A DNA stretch of 64,000 bases from Rhizophagus irregularis. Its lineage: Eukaryota. The DNA lies in the NCBI RefSeq assembly GCF_026210795.1, contig NC_089430.1:2728001-2792000 (forward strand), written 5' to 3'. The notes under the pieces were generated by a model, which saw only the letters and a list, made by a program, of their open reading frames with translations, ran no database searches and had not been told where the DNA came from. The translations under genes were made by a program, and so were the position numbers. Shown in pieces: positions 27,381 through 41,000 of this stretch (positions are counted from its first letter, which is position 1; each line of letters begins with the position of its first letter).

Positions 27381-28528
27381 ATTCTGTATATATTAATAAA
27401 TACTTGTAATTTTTTATGATTATATCTAATAAAACATACATTATATAAACTTATAGTACAGAAAATGAAGTATTATTTATCGAAATATTTTGAAATATTA
27501 CGAAATATTAAGTTGTGTAAATCACAGAATATTACGAATCGTCAAATTATGGAACATTACGCATCATAGAATTTCGAAATATTTTAAAAAGTTGCGAAGT
27601 ATTACGCAGTAAAATTACAGAATATTACGAATCGTAAAATTACGAAGCCTTGCATACAGTAATATTTCGAAATATTTTAAAAAGTTACAAAATATTACGC
27701 TTACGCAAACTTGCGGCGGGTCTGAAAACTTACGAAATATTATGTAAAATTACGAAATATTGCGAACCGCAAAATTACGGAATATTACAAATCGTAAAAT
27801 TATGAAGCTTTGCATATCGTAATATTTCGAAATATTTTAAAAAGTTACGAAATATTACGCTTACGCAAACTTGCGGCAGGTCTGGAAGCTTACGAAATAT
27901 TATGATGTGTAAACTTGCGCAACTTTTCGCACTATATAATTTCCTGATGTAAGTATCGCTAATCAATATTAATTTCTTCAAGGTTCTATTACTTTTTGTG
28001 TGATTTCTTAATTTCAATGGATCTTTCAGCTTCCACCACCGCTGTAGACTTTCTTTTATGGGTTATCTGTGAGGAATTAATTGATTATTGATTTTATTAG
28101 ATTTTTTGGGTTTCATTGTTGCAGATTTTCTTTTACAAGTTGAGTTGCAAATAGTTGGTTTGTTAATTTTTTTTGCCAAAAGAATCGGATGCCTACAAAA
28201 AAAAGGATAAAATTTTTTAATAAAAAAACAAATTAAAAATATTATAAATATTATTAGATAAGTTTATAATAGAAACTTATCATATCAGCATGTCCAAGTT
28301 AGAGATTGGAATTGATTCTCAAAATGAGAATTGATTTAAGAATTGATTAATCGTGATTAATTAAATTTCAAGATTCGATTCTAAGATTTGATTTTCAATT
28401 TCAATTAAATTGATTCTAATCGATTTTATAAAAAAAAATTTGATTATTATTCGTAATTAAATTTGTGATGCAACAATTTTAATAGGCAAAAATCTATTTT
28501 TTTTACAGTAATTTTGCTTATTTTATAT

Positions 28529-28897
28529 GGGCATTACTAAATCTCACCGCTGGCTTAATTTTGGCCAGAATTATAATTTGGCCAGAGTTAATTGTGTAAC
28601 CTAATAAAAACTTTTTCACAAATGGGTCTGAAAGATGCCCGTTTATAAGCAAATATTCAGTTAAATCTTGTGTAACTTCACTGCATAAATCACTTATTTC
28701 GTAATGGTTAAAAGTGGTCTAAATAACCCCAAAAGTGGTAAGTTTAGTATACTTAATTGATGGATATTTGATCACTTTTAGGGTCATTTAGATCACTTTT
28801 AACCATTAATTAAAAAAACTTTTTTTTTAGGTTAAATGATTAACTCCGGCCAAATTATAATTCCGGCTGAAATTAAGCGGTGAATTAAAGTAATTTA
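28529..28897. mobile_element. Palindromic MITE, ends related to 6062-6214
   Basis: caccgctggcttaattttggccagaattataatttggccagagttaatt is mirrored at 28835-28885. Confidence 0.65.
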
Positions 28898-29129
28898 CTG
28901 TGCAATAATTAAATGAAAATAATTAATTTATATAAAATAATAAAAAATAAATAAATTAATTAAAACCTATTTCAATAAAATATTAAATGCTAAAAAAAAA
29001 AATCGAATTACTGCGCCACAATAATAAATTCAATTTTTTAATTTGATTTTCGATTAATCGATTTAGATTCGATTTTCAATTAATTCAATTTTGCTAGAAT
29101 CGATTCCATTCTACTAAAGCCAAAGAACT

Positions 29130-29880
29130 GATACCTACAAAAAAAAGAGAGATTAAAAAAAATAAATTAAAAAACGTTTCAAATTTTCGAATTAAAACTT
29201 ACCGGACTCAAGTCCCAAAGCCGACCCTCCAAAAAAAAATTAAAAAAAAATTTTTTAAGAAAAAATTTTGAACCATTGAGCCCATGTGTTGAAGAACTAG
29301 CAGCCTACAAAAAGAAGAAAACCGGAATGTAATATATTTCATTGAAAGTATTATTTACAAAAAGTCAAAAACTTCCTTATTGAATTTCCTTCCTTATAAT
29401 CCAAGCTGGCATTTTACAAAAAAATATAAAAAGAGATGTTAGTTTGTTCTGATATTTAAATAAAAACCATCTTCCTCCTTCCCCCTTTCCCTATTTTTTA
29501 CCTTAAAGTCCAGTTTGTATCCAAGCCAGTGTCCTATAAATAAAAACAACGAAAAAGAAATGTTAGTTCATTTCTTAAATTCAAAATAAAAAATTCCTCC
29601 TTCCTCTTTCCCATTTCTTACCTTAAAGTCCGGTTTCATATTCAAGCCAACGCCCTACAAAAAAAAATAATGAAAGAAATATTAAAACATTTCTTAAATT
29701 AAAAAAGATCAAAAAAGTCCAACTCTTTCTTACCTTAAAGTCCGGTCCATTCTGGCTGGCAATTCCTACAAAAAAAAAGAAATTTTAGTAAAACATTTTT
29801 ACAAAGTTAAATTTTAAAAAAAGCCCTTGCCTTCAAAGCCAAAATGAAGCCAAAGGAGCTTATCTATGTACTTAAAGACT
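29130..29880 (-). other. Array of related ~32-33-nt micro-exons
   Basis: Three units ..tag|G..GGACTTTAAG|gtaa at ~29501, ~29621 and ~29733, plus similar acceptor/donor pairs nearby. Confidence 0.55.
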
Positions 29881-31985
29881 GAAGCAGAAACAAATAAAAT
29901 GCCATTTGCGAAAATTTTTTTTTTAAAAAAAATAAAATCATATATTTATTTGTTTTTATTCAAGAGAAATCAAAGTCAAAAGGATCCTAAAAAAGTCTAA
30001 AAAAAGGGTTAAATATTAACTTTTTTGACTATTTTTGGATGAATGGCTGAATATTCCTTTTTTGACTAGTAAATAAAAAACTAACTTTATTTATTAATAT
30101 TGCGTCAATAAAATTTCAGGTATAAATTAATACTGTAAATTAACTTTATTAATTCATATTGCAATTGCGTCATTACATATAAACAGATTAATAAGAATAT
30201 TAAATAAAATCTTTGATCCCTATATTAGGAAATATTAACAATAGAGGAGGTGATTGAATGACGCAAGTCTTTTTTAGAAGAAATTTTAATTTAATTTATT
30301 TATTTATTTTTTGTATAAGCTTTTTATTTCATTTGTATTTACGTTAATATCAAATTCTATAAAATAGTAATAAAGATGTCTAAGCGAAAATTTGGTAAGT
30401 AAAAAAATCATAAAAAATTTCCATTCATTTGCTTTATATATTTTTATCGATAGAATTAGTTGTTCCAAAAGAATTATCCATCAAAAGTATGTTACATAAA
30501 TTCACTAACATTTGGTTCTGCAAAAAATATTAAAATTTTAACCAGTTCTATTATTTTACTCATATTGTTTTTTTAGATTCTTCAAGCAATAAAATTACAA
30601 CAAAAAAAAATCATTACTGGTGCGCAAACTATTAATGTGTTAAGGTATGAAACACTTGGAAAAAGTAAAGATGGGAAAATTAGTTGTATTAGTTGTATGA
30701 GCTAATCACCAGCAGATAAGTGAATGAATCATCATTATTTCGCAATGATGAACCTTAAAAGGAACCAACTTTTAAGGTTAAGTAATTCATTATCTTAATT
30801 GTGTGTGGCTATTCAGTTCATGAAAATATTTTATATACAGATACGAGACCCCAGACCCCATCTTAAATTTATAAAGATGAAGAATGGTCATATAAATAGT
30901 TGCATTATCAATTATTGTACAAATTGTGAAAATATGTCAGTTATTGTATAATTTTGTAGACAGAATGGTTTTTACTTTGCATGAAGTTTGCACAATATTA
31001 GTTATTGTTCACTTATTGTACATATAAATGATCAATTATCATACAATTTCAATTTTTATAACCAATAATATACAATCGCAAAAATTTGTTTATTTTATTG
31101 TACATTTTCTGAATATATTCAATATGATTTGCGTACAAACTGTTTTTATAGGGCATGTTTTATAGTAGAAAATCCAAACATTAAAGAAAACCCGATGTCA
31201 ATTCATTATAAAACAAACTGTCATATATCTTATAGGCATGATTTTTATTAATAATGAAAGACATTAAAACTCATCTTAAAAATTTATCAAACAAATCATT
31301 TTTACAACTAGTTCAATCATTATTTTTTGCAATAGTATCGGATCACGCTTTGGACTTTTTTATTTAGGAGTTCTAGTAATTCTAACAAATCTTGATCACG
31401 TATTGCATCTATTCCTTGATCATACTAATAGCGCACGGTTATATAACGTTATGGCAGTTTTTATTCCTATTGATTGCATATTTCATAATTTAGGATTTAA
31501 TAAATCTATAATGATGAAAAAACTTAATAAGTTAATGTATTATCACGTTATAAAAAGCATGATTTTTTAAGTATAATATATAAATAAACTTATTTAAATA
31601 AATAAAAATAAAAAAATAAGAAAAAAAAATATAAAACATTGCTTTAAAATCTTAACCAATTAGCTGAATTATCTATAAAATAACCACACAAATATTAAAT
31701 CCGTATGAATTCAAGAAGTAGAAGATTTCTCCATTTAATGTATTTAATGGAGGACAATCTCTATTTCTCAATGGCGTCACGATATTTGATTTGAGTTTTC
31801 TTAAGAAAATAATACTTAAAATAATAAAACTAACGATTTTAAATTTAATGGTTCTATAACACACTAGTACTACTCATCCGTTGTATAACCTTAATAATGT
31901 TAGCTAGGGAAGCATCACAAAAAACCATATTCACGTGAATGTTGTCATAAATTAAATTATAAGAATTTACTTATCTAATTCTAAT

Positions 31986-33814
31986 CTATTTAAAATCCTT
32001 AATAAGTTCCTCTTGGTCTTTAGGCGAATTAAGATCTATAATAAAAGATAATATTTATTAAGCATATCCATTATTAATATAAATAATATAATATTATTTT
32101 GAATATATACTTACTATTATTAGGTATCTCGAAATCGTAAGGTTTGCTATGAAATGCTATAAAGAAATTATTTAAAAGTTACTACCATACTATATGAGGA
32201 GACATAAAAATACAAATCATAATTATTATTTACCTTCTTGTTCTTCTGTTGATATTAATATAAAAATAATAACATAGTGATTTTTGAATAATTATTTATT
32301 TAAAAATAATAAAAAGGCTTTTTTATATTAATATCTTACCTTCAGTTGCATTTCTTGGTTCTGGTAAATTTTCAAATTGATGAAGTTTACTAGTTGATAA
32401 TGAATGTAGCTTGGAACTTGAACTTAAATTCGAACTTGAACTTGAAATTTGAGATGAATTATTATATTCTAAAGTATTAAATTCATTTGCATTATCATTA
32501 TTGTAAGAATCTTTTGTCATTTTTCGAATTTCTTTAACAATAGTACCTGCATCAGGTCTTTTTAATGGGTCAGCATCCCAACATTGTTTCATTAGTTCTT
32601 TATATTTTGATGGAATTTCTGTTCTAATTTTTGGTCTCATACCATTAACTATTCTCATTGCAAGATCATAATCATGTTCGTAATTATTAAAGGGGGTTTG
32701 CCCTGATGAAATTTCCCACATAAGTATACCAAAACTATAAATATCAGATGCGAAAGTATATTCTTTTCCAATTATAACATCAGGTGCTATATAAGGAAGA
32801 TTTCCATATATACTTTTTGATGGTTTATCAGCGGGCCCACAAAATCCAAAATCACTTATATACCAACAATCCTTATATTGTGAATATAAAATATTTCCGG
32901 AATGTAAATCTCGATGTACCGCTCCATAAAAATGAATGCTATATAGTGCTCTAATAATCCCAAAAACTATATTTATTTTTCCTTTCCATGTATGTTGATG
33001 CTGCATATATTTTCTTAAATCTGTATCCATTAAATGCATTACAAGCATATAATCCCCATTTGTTGAATCTTGAGTTAAACCATAACATCTGGCAAGGCGA
33101 TTATATTTATTACCTAATGTTAAATGTGATTTTGCCTAAAAAATTTTTAAAAACAATATTTGTTACATATTTTTAAAATTTATAAAATTAAAATTATATT
33201 TAAATTATTACTTCATCAAACCAACTTCTATTAGCATTTTCAACATTTTCTAATTTTTTAAGTATTACTTTAAAAGTTTTTGATCTTTTTAATTGTTGTT
33301 CCTTAGAATTCCATTCAATATAATATCCATCAATCCAATTTGCTGAATAAATCTCAGAACATCCACCTTTAGTTATATATTTAATATTTCGTAAATTATT
33401 GTATGGTATCCATTCAATTATTTTATCTGGGCGAAATGTATCTATTTGACATTCTTGTATTAAATAATCAACATTGTTATTTCCAGATGTCCAGTTTGAA
33501 AAATTATTTTTTAAATAGGTTCGAACACAATGTTCACAATATAGTGTAGCCAAACACTCTAAAGCACAATTTTCACATAGTCTTTTTGTTCCTTCATTAT
33601 ATAAAACTTTAAAATAATCATAGTCTTCTGTTATTATTTTTATTGCTTCCCATTTTTCATCCTTTGTAAGAGATTCATCGTCAAGAATTGTTTGTTTTAT
33701 AAATTCATATTGTTTTGTTACGTCATTGTGAATGTAAGAATCTGTTAATGCTTCAGCTCTTTGAATTGCAGCATAAACAAGTTCATCATTTCTACTAATA
33801 TTAGTATTAGCCAT
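31986..33814 (-). CDS. TKL-like protein kinase (array copy 4), 5 exons
   Basis: Exons 33814-33212, 33135-32340, 32245-32234, 32156-32115, 32035-31986. Motifs KGGCSEIY, VILKK, HRDLHSGN, DFG, YGNLPYIAPD, SDIYSFG. Confidence 0.9.
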
Positions 33815-33908
33815 AATAAATTATATAAATTTGCAAAGAAAAATATATATTAACTTTGAAATTGCAAAGAGAAAAAATAATAAGATAACGGAATTTTTAT
33901 ATTATTAA

Positions 33909-34056
33909 CCCTTAAAGTGTTTTGCAGCTAAATTTGGCTGCGATTTACCACTACTCATGTGCCGATCTAAACTGTAATACAATGAAATTCCATGGAATCC
34001 TCTGCAGAAATCCTGAAAATTCCGCGGAATTTAGAACAATAGCTATCATTTAAGGG
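33909..34056. mobile_element. MITE with CCCTTAAA TIR in the kinase promoter
   Basis: cccttaaa..tttaaggg; absent at the equivalent sites near 38130 and 9105; same ends as 12713-13456. Confidence 0.8.
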
Positions 34057-36182
34057 ATAGGAGTATAAACTCCGAGATTCTCCCACACCAATTGCCAATC
34101 AGTTTGTCATGTCTGTCGTACAAGTTATAACTTATTTCAGGCGAAGATTTTTTTTTTTAATTTTGACCGAAAATAAATTTAGGATCAGGAAAATAGTATT
34201 TTTTATAAAATTGACATACAAAAAAGGCTTGAATATAATATAACGTAATTAAAATTATTAATTTTACATCCAAGCAAGTAGCCTGCACCACAATTATTAT
34301 TATTTATGTACTACTATGTATAAAATTATGAATATTTTTATTTATTTTTTTAAAAAATTGTTTAATAAGATCGGTTCAAATTTAAATGTTTGCATATAAT
34401 GTACTGTACATGCTATTAAATCTGTCAAATTCAGTCAACATGCAAAACACGTTCGTAAAATATATTTGTTTAAAAATAAAAAAAAGAGACAACGTGGATT
34501 TAGAACGTGACTCGTGGCGTTAACAAATCACATTTGTAACATAAAAAACGCAACGAATTGCATCGTTTTCTTCACCTTTTCAAGAAACCAATAGAGCCCA
34601 ACTTTGTTCTCTTATAGGGAATTTTAAATAATGAAATTAAAGTACACAATCTTACATATTTAAACGTCAATATTTTCCGGTGGGTCATAATAACGAAAAG
34701 TAAAATACCGATTGATGAATATATTGTATACTATATAATTATATAATTGGTAAAAAAAAAATGTAGATGGAATATTTGCCAAAAGTGAATTGGATAACAG
34801 ATTAAAAAGTTTAATTAATTTAAACTATTTATATAACTGGTAAGTAAAAATCATACATAATTAACTGCACGAATAGGACAACCAAAAATTTTTTTATGGT
34901 TAGGTAATTTATTTTCATTATATTCAAATTTATATAATTAAATTTATAACGTAAATCTCTAAATTTCGGATTTGAACTGTAAATAGTAAATTTTTTAAAG
35001 AAAAATCTCAGATATTTAATAAAAACTATGAATCAACCTTTGCGGCTTTGCCTTTTTGATTATAATTGACGTTTGTTTATAAGCGATAAGCTGTTTTAAT
35101 AGTAACTAATAATTATCAAAACGTATTGACAGTAATTTTGATTTTTGTAATTTAATGTTCATGAATCATGACGCGTTATAAAATAATTCACGTAAATGTG
35201 ATGATTCATAGTAAAATGAAATTCACGTAAATGTGATGATTCATAGTAAAATGAATCAAATTAATTGTAATAAAATAGTTTTTACTGTATTTAATTATGA
35301 TATAAAATATGATAACGATTTTCAAAATTTAAAGATATAATTCTATATATCATGTTTTATAGTAGAAAATCAAACATTAAAGAAAACCCGATGTCAATTT
35401 ATTATAAAACAAGCAGTTATATACAGTATCTTACAGGAATGATTTTTATTAATAATGAAAGGTATTAAACTCATCTTATAAATTAATCAAACAAATCATT
35501 TTTACTACTAGTACAATCATTATTTTTTGCAATAGTATCGGATCACGCTTTGACCTTTTTATTTAGGGGTTCTAGTAATTTCAACAAATCTTGATCACGT
35601 ATTGCATCTATTCCTTGATCATAGTATACTAATAGCGCACGGTTATATAACGTTATGGCAGTTTTTATTCGCTATTGATTGCATATTTCATAATTTAGGA
35701 TTTAATAAATCTATAATGATGAAAAAAGCTTAATAAGTTAATGTATTATCACGTTATAAAAAGAATGATTTGTTAAGTATAATATATATAAATAAATTTA
35801 TTTAAATAAATAAAAATAAAAAAAATAAGTTATTACACGCAAAAAAATATAAAAAAAAATATAAAACATTGCTTAAAATCTCGACCAATTAACTGAATTA
35901 TCTATAAAATAACCTCACAAATATTAAATCCGTATGAATTCAAGAAGTAGAAGATTTCTCCATCAATCTCTATTTCTCAATGGCGTCACGATATTGATGA
36001 ACTTAACAAATAAAATTCTCAAAAAATAATACACAAAATAATAAAACTAACGATTTTAAACATGATATTTAATGGTTCTATAACATACTAGTACTACTCA
36101 TCCGTTGTATAACCTTAATAATGTTGCTAGGGAAGCATCACAAAAAACCATATTCACGTGAATGTTGTCATAAATTAAGAAT

Positions 36183-38038
36183 TTACTTATCTAATTCTAA
36201 TCTATTTAGATCCTTAATAAGTTCCTCTTGTTCTTTAGACGAATTGAGATCTTCAACTAATATAATAAAAGATAATAATTATTAAGCATATCCATTATTA
36301 ATATAAATAATATAATGTTATTTTAAATATCATATACTTACTATTATTAGGTATCTCGAAATCGTAAGGTTGGCTATGAAATGCTATAAAGAAATTATTT
36401 AAAGTTACTACCATACTATGTGAGGAGACATAAAAATACAAATCATAATTATTATTTACCTTCTTGTTCTTCTGTTGATATTAATATAAAAATAATAAAC
36501 ATAGTAATTTTTGAATAATTATTTATTTAAAAATAATAAAAAGGCTTTTTTATATTAATATCTTACCTTCAGTTGCATTTCTTGGTTCTGGTAGATTTTC
36601 AAATTGATGCAGTTTACTAGTTGATAATGAATATAGTAGCTTGGAACTTGAACTTAAATTCGAACTTGAACTAGAAATTTGAGATGAATTATTATATTCT
36701 AAAGTATTAAATTCATTTGCATTATCATTACTGTAAATATCTTTCATCATTTTTTCAATTTCATCACAAAGAGTATCTGCATTAGGTCTTTTTAATGGGT
36801 CGGCATCCCAACATTGTTTCATTAGTTCTTTATATTTTGATGGAATTTCTGTTCTAATTTTTGGTCTCATACCATTAACAATTTTCATTGCAAGATCATA
36901 ATCATGTTCATAATTATTAAAGGGTGTTTGTCCTGATGAAATTTCCCACATAAGTATACCTAAACTATAAATATCAGATGCGAAAGTATATTCTTTTCCA
37001 ATTATAACTTCAGGTGCTATATAAGGAAGATTTCCATATATACTTTTTAATGGTTTATCTGCGGGTCCACAAAATCCAAAATCACTTATATACCAAGAAT
37101 CATTAGACTTCGAATGTAAAATATTTCCAGAATGTAAATCTCGATGTACCGCTCCATAAAAATGAATGTTATAAAGTGCAAAAATAATCTTATCAACTAT
37201 ATTTATTTTTTCTTTCCATGTATGTTGTTGCTGCATATATTTTCTTAAATCTGTATCCATTAAACGCATTACAAGCATATAATCTCCGTTTATTGAATCT
37301 TGAGTTAAACCATAACATTTGGTAAAGATAGCTTGTTTATTACTTAATGTTAAATGTGATTTTGCCTACAAATATTTTTAAAAACAATATTTGTTACATA
37401 TTTTAAAATTTATAAAATTAAAATTATATTTAAATTATTACCTCATCAAACCAACTTCTATTAGCATTTTCAACATTTTCCAATTTTTTAAGTATTACTT
37501 TAAAAGTTCCTGATGATCTTTTTAATTGTTGCTCCTTAGAATTCCATTCAATATAACGTCCATCAATCCAAATTGCTGAATAAATCTCAGAACATCCACC
37601 TTTAGTTATATATTTAATATCTTGTAAATTATTATATGGTATCCATTCAATTACACGATCTGGGCTAAATGTTTCCATTTGACATTCTTGTATTAAATTA
37701 TCAATATTACTATTTCCAGACGTCCAGTTTGAAAAATTATTTTTTAAATAGGTTCGAACACAATGTTCACAATATAATGTAGCTAAACACTCTAAAGCAC
37801 AATTTTCACATAGTCTTTTTGTTCCTTCATTAGTTTTAACTTTAATATAATCATAATCATTTGTTATTATTTTTATTGCTTCCCATTTTTCATTTTTTGT
37901 AAGAGATTCATCATCAAGAATTGTTTGTTTTACAAATTCAAAACGTTTTGTTACGTCATAATTGCGAATGTAAGGATCTGTTAATGCATCAGCTCTTTGA
38001 ATTGCATCATTAACAAATTCTCGTCTAATAGTGGCCAT
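36183..38038 (-). CDS. TKL-like protein kinase (array copy 5), 5 exons
   Basis: Exons 38038-37442, 37365-36567, 36471-36460, 36383-36342, 36256-36183; open throughout, all catalytic motifs present, ends ..ELIKDLNRLELDK*. Confidence 0.93.
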
Positions 38039-41000
38039 AATAAATTATATAAATTTCCTCAAAGAAAAATATATTAACTTTGAAATTGCAAAAAGAGAAA
38101 ATAATGAGATAACGGAATTTTTATATTATTACAGGAGTATAAACTCCGAAATTCTCCCACGCCAAATTGCCAATCAGTTTGTCATGTCTGTCGTACAAGT
38201 TATAACTTTATTTCAGACGAAGATTTTTTTTTAATTTTGGCCGAAAATAAATTTAAGATCAGGAAAATAATATTTTTTTAAATTGACATACAAAAAAGGC
38301 TTGAATACAACATAACGTAATTAAAATCATTAATTTTACATCCAAGCAAGTAGCCTGCACCACAATTATTATGTATGTATTTATGTATAAAATTATGAAT
38401 ATTTTTATTTATTTTTTTTTAAAAAAAAATTGTTTAATAAGATCGTTTCAAATTTAAATATATATTGCATATAATATGTTTGCATATAATGTACATACTA
38501 TTATTAAATCTGTCAAATTCAGTCAACATGCAAAACACGTTCGTAAAATATATTTGTTTAAAAATAAAAAAAAAAAGAGTCAAACGTGGATTTAGAACGT
38601 GACTCGTGGCGTTAACAAATCACATTTGTGACACAAAAAACGCAACGAATGCATTGATTGCATCGTTTTCTTCACCTTTTCAAGAAACCAATAGAGGCTA
38701 TATAGCCCAACTTTGTTCTCTTATAGGGAATTTTAAATAATAAAATTAAAGTACGCAATCTTACATATTTAAACGTCAATATTTTCCGGTGGGTCATAAT
38801 AACGAAAAGTATAATACCGAATGATGAATATATTGTATACTGTATATATAATTATATAATTATATAATTATATAATTGGTAAAAAAAAAAATGCAGGTAG
38901 AATATTTGCCAAAAGTGAATTGGATAACAAGATTTAAAAAGTTTAATTAATTTAAACTATTTTTTTTATGTAGGTAGTAAATCATATAAAGTAAGTAATT
39001 TGATTGTCTCGGATGTACGAAATATTTGGTTAATTTGCCCAACCGAACCGAATTATTATTATTATTTTTCTTTTGGAAACTTGATAAATTAACTAAAAAA
39101 AAAAAAATTATATTTAAATTATTATTTTTAATTAGTATTTTATATCCGAATCTTTCAATCAATTAAATTTATCTTTAAAAAAAATTTCGGGATTGAACTG
39201 AAATAATTTTTTTTTTTTTTAATGGAAAATCTCGGAAATCATTATTACTAATATTGTTTGTATGCATCAAATTTAATTCGCGTTTTAAAAATTAATCACC
39301 TTATTGTAATAGAATGTTATTAAAATGTTAATATCTGAAACATATGAAACAAAAAACACTGAATATTCAAAAAACTAAACCAAAACATTTCAAAAATGTT
39401 TCGATCGATATATGAAACTGGGAATGAATATTACAACAAAACACATTATAAAAAAAAAAAGTTTTAAACCAAATAAAGAATTTAATATTTTTAAACGACA
39501 TTTTTGTACTAGTTCCTTATTATTTTTACTAAAATATAAGCAAAAGAATATAAAAAAAAAAATATTTAATAAAACTTTCTAATTTAACCGTTTTAATTAA
39601 ATAAATAATTAGGAATACAAAGAAAAAAAAACAAGAGTTAAAATGGGATATTCTTAGTTTACCAAATAAGTATAAATTATAATTCATCAATAAGTCGCAT
39701 GTTTTTTTTTTATTTTCCCATCATCCCATGTGCTGGTAAATCATTAATCTTTTTTAGGAAAAACCCTTAAAAATTTTTTTTGTTATTTGATGAGTAAAAT
39801 ATCATGAGATAATTTTATAAATATTTTTGGGAAAATATGTAATAAACCTTTTTCATTTTCACAATGTAAATTAGAAAAAATATTTCCTTAAAAAGTAAAG
39901 ATTATTGGTCAAGGTCCTTAAAAGAACCAATCAAAATGTCGAATAATATTAATGCAATGTTGCTGCGGTTGCGTAATATTTAAGTTCATGAAAACCAATC
40001 GTAACATTACCCTTCCCATAAGAAAAAAAGGTCTTTTTTTAACGTACAAATAAAAGAAATGCACTATATTTATATTTTTGACAAATCGAAGGTATTTTTC
40101 TCTTTAAAATCCTTATTCATTTGTACTATTACGTATTTTATTTATTTTATTATTTATGTTTTTCTTTATTATGTTTATAAGGAACTTACAATATTTATAG
40201 AAATTATTCATGTTTGCGTATTTGCGGTCGGTTGTGAGGATCTGGAAAATCATCCACATTTTTACGCTTATCTTGCATTGATGAGAGCATAACGATAATA
40301 TTCTTTTTTTTTAGAGACTTTTGTGGATCCGTCATTCCGCCTGCAAAAAAAAGGATCAGCTTTAAAACCTTAACTGTAACGAATTTAAACTTCTGTGCGA
40401 AAAAAGATACTTTAAAAAAAGTTTTAAAAAATCGGAAGCCAATCGGTTAATTTTTAATGCGAGGTAAAAAAAAAATAAAAATGTATATATCGTTTTAATT
40501 TCTCTCTCAATTGGTGAATGACAAACTTAGTTAAAACATCTGCTTATACTGCGTATATCAGCTTACTTTACTAGTAACTTAGTGCATAAGATACATAATT
40601 AACCTAATTCGAATTTATTGAAAAATACAAAATTAAAATAAGTTACCGTTACATAAATTGTTAAGAAATATTAAGGTTCATCGGGGGTCAAGTTAAAAAA
40701 AGGTGGATTTACATACATAATATTTTTTTTCGAATTTTTATTATTTAATTCGAATCATGATTCTTTTATTCTTTTTTTTTAAAAAAAATTTAAAAAAAAA
40801 AATCTTTTTTTAGATGAAACAACATATTGAAACATGCATAATCTTTTTTCTTTCTGAAACTCCGAAAAGTTTAAAAAAAAATAACCTTCTTCATTTGAGA
40901 AAAACTATAAAATGTCTTACCTAAAAAAATTGGTAAATGAATTTCAAAGATAGAAATACATTATTATTATTAAGTAAACATTAGTAAACATTAAACACCT

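Larger units (their letters stand above)
24421..27949. mobile_element. 3.5-kb TA-flanked TIR element with subterminal tandem repeats, carrying a Myb-like gene
   Basis: TIR CATCAGGAAATT(T/A)TATAG(C/T)GCGAAAA(A/G)TTGCG at both ends, TA on each side. Confidence 0.8.
23641..31153. mobile_element. 7.5-kb composite CMC/CACTA-type element
   Basis: TIR CCCTATAAAAA..TTTTTATAGGG, TSD CAT (23638-23640, 31154-31156); joined flanks match the empty site at ~35341-35370. Confidence 0.88.

Noticed and set aside
26538..27441. Hydrophobic 'membrane protein' ORFs
   Set aside because: Derived from T-rich low-complexity duplications.
35186..35255. ~34-bp direct duplication in the intergenic unit
   Set aside because: Simple local slippage with no further structure.
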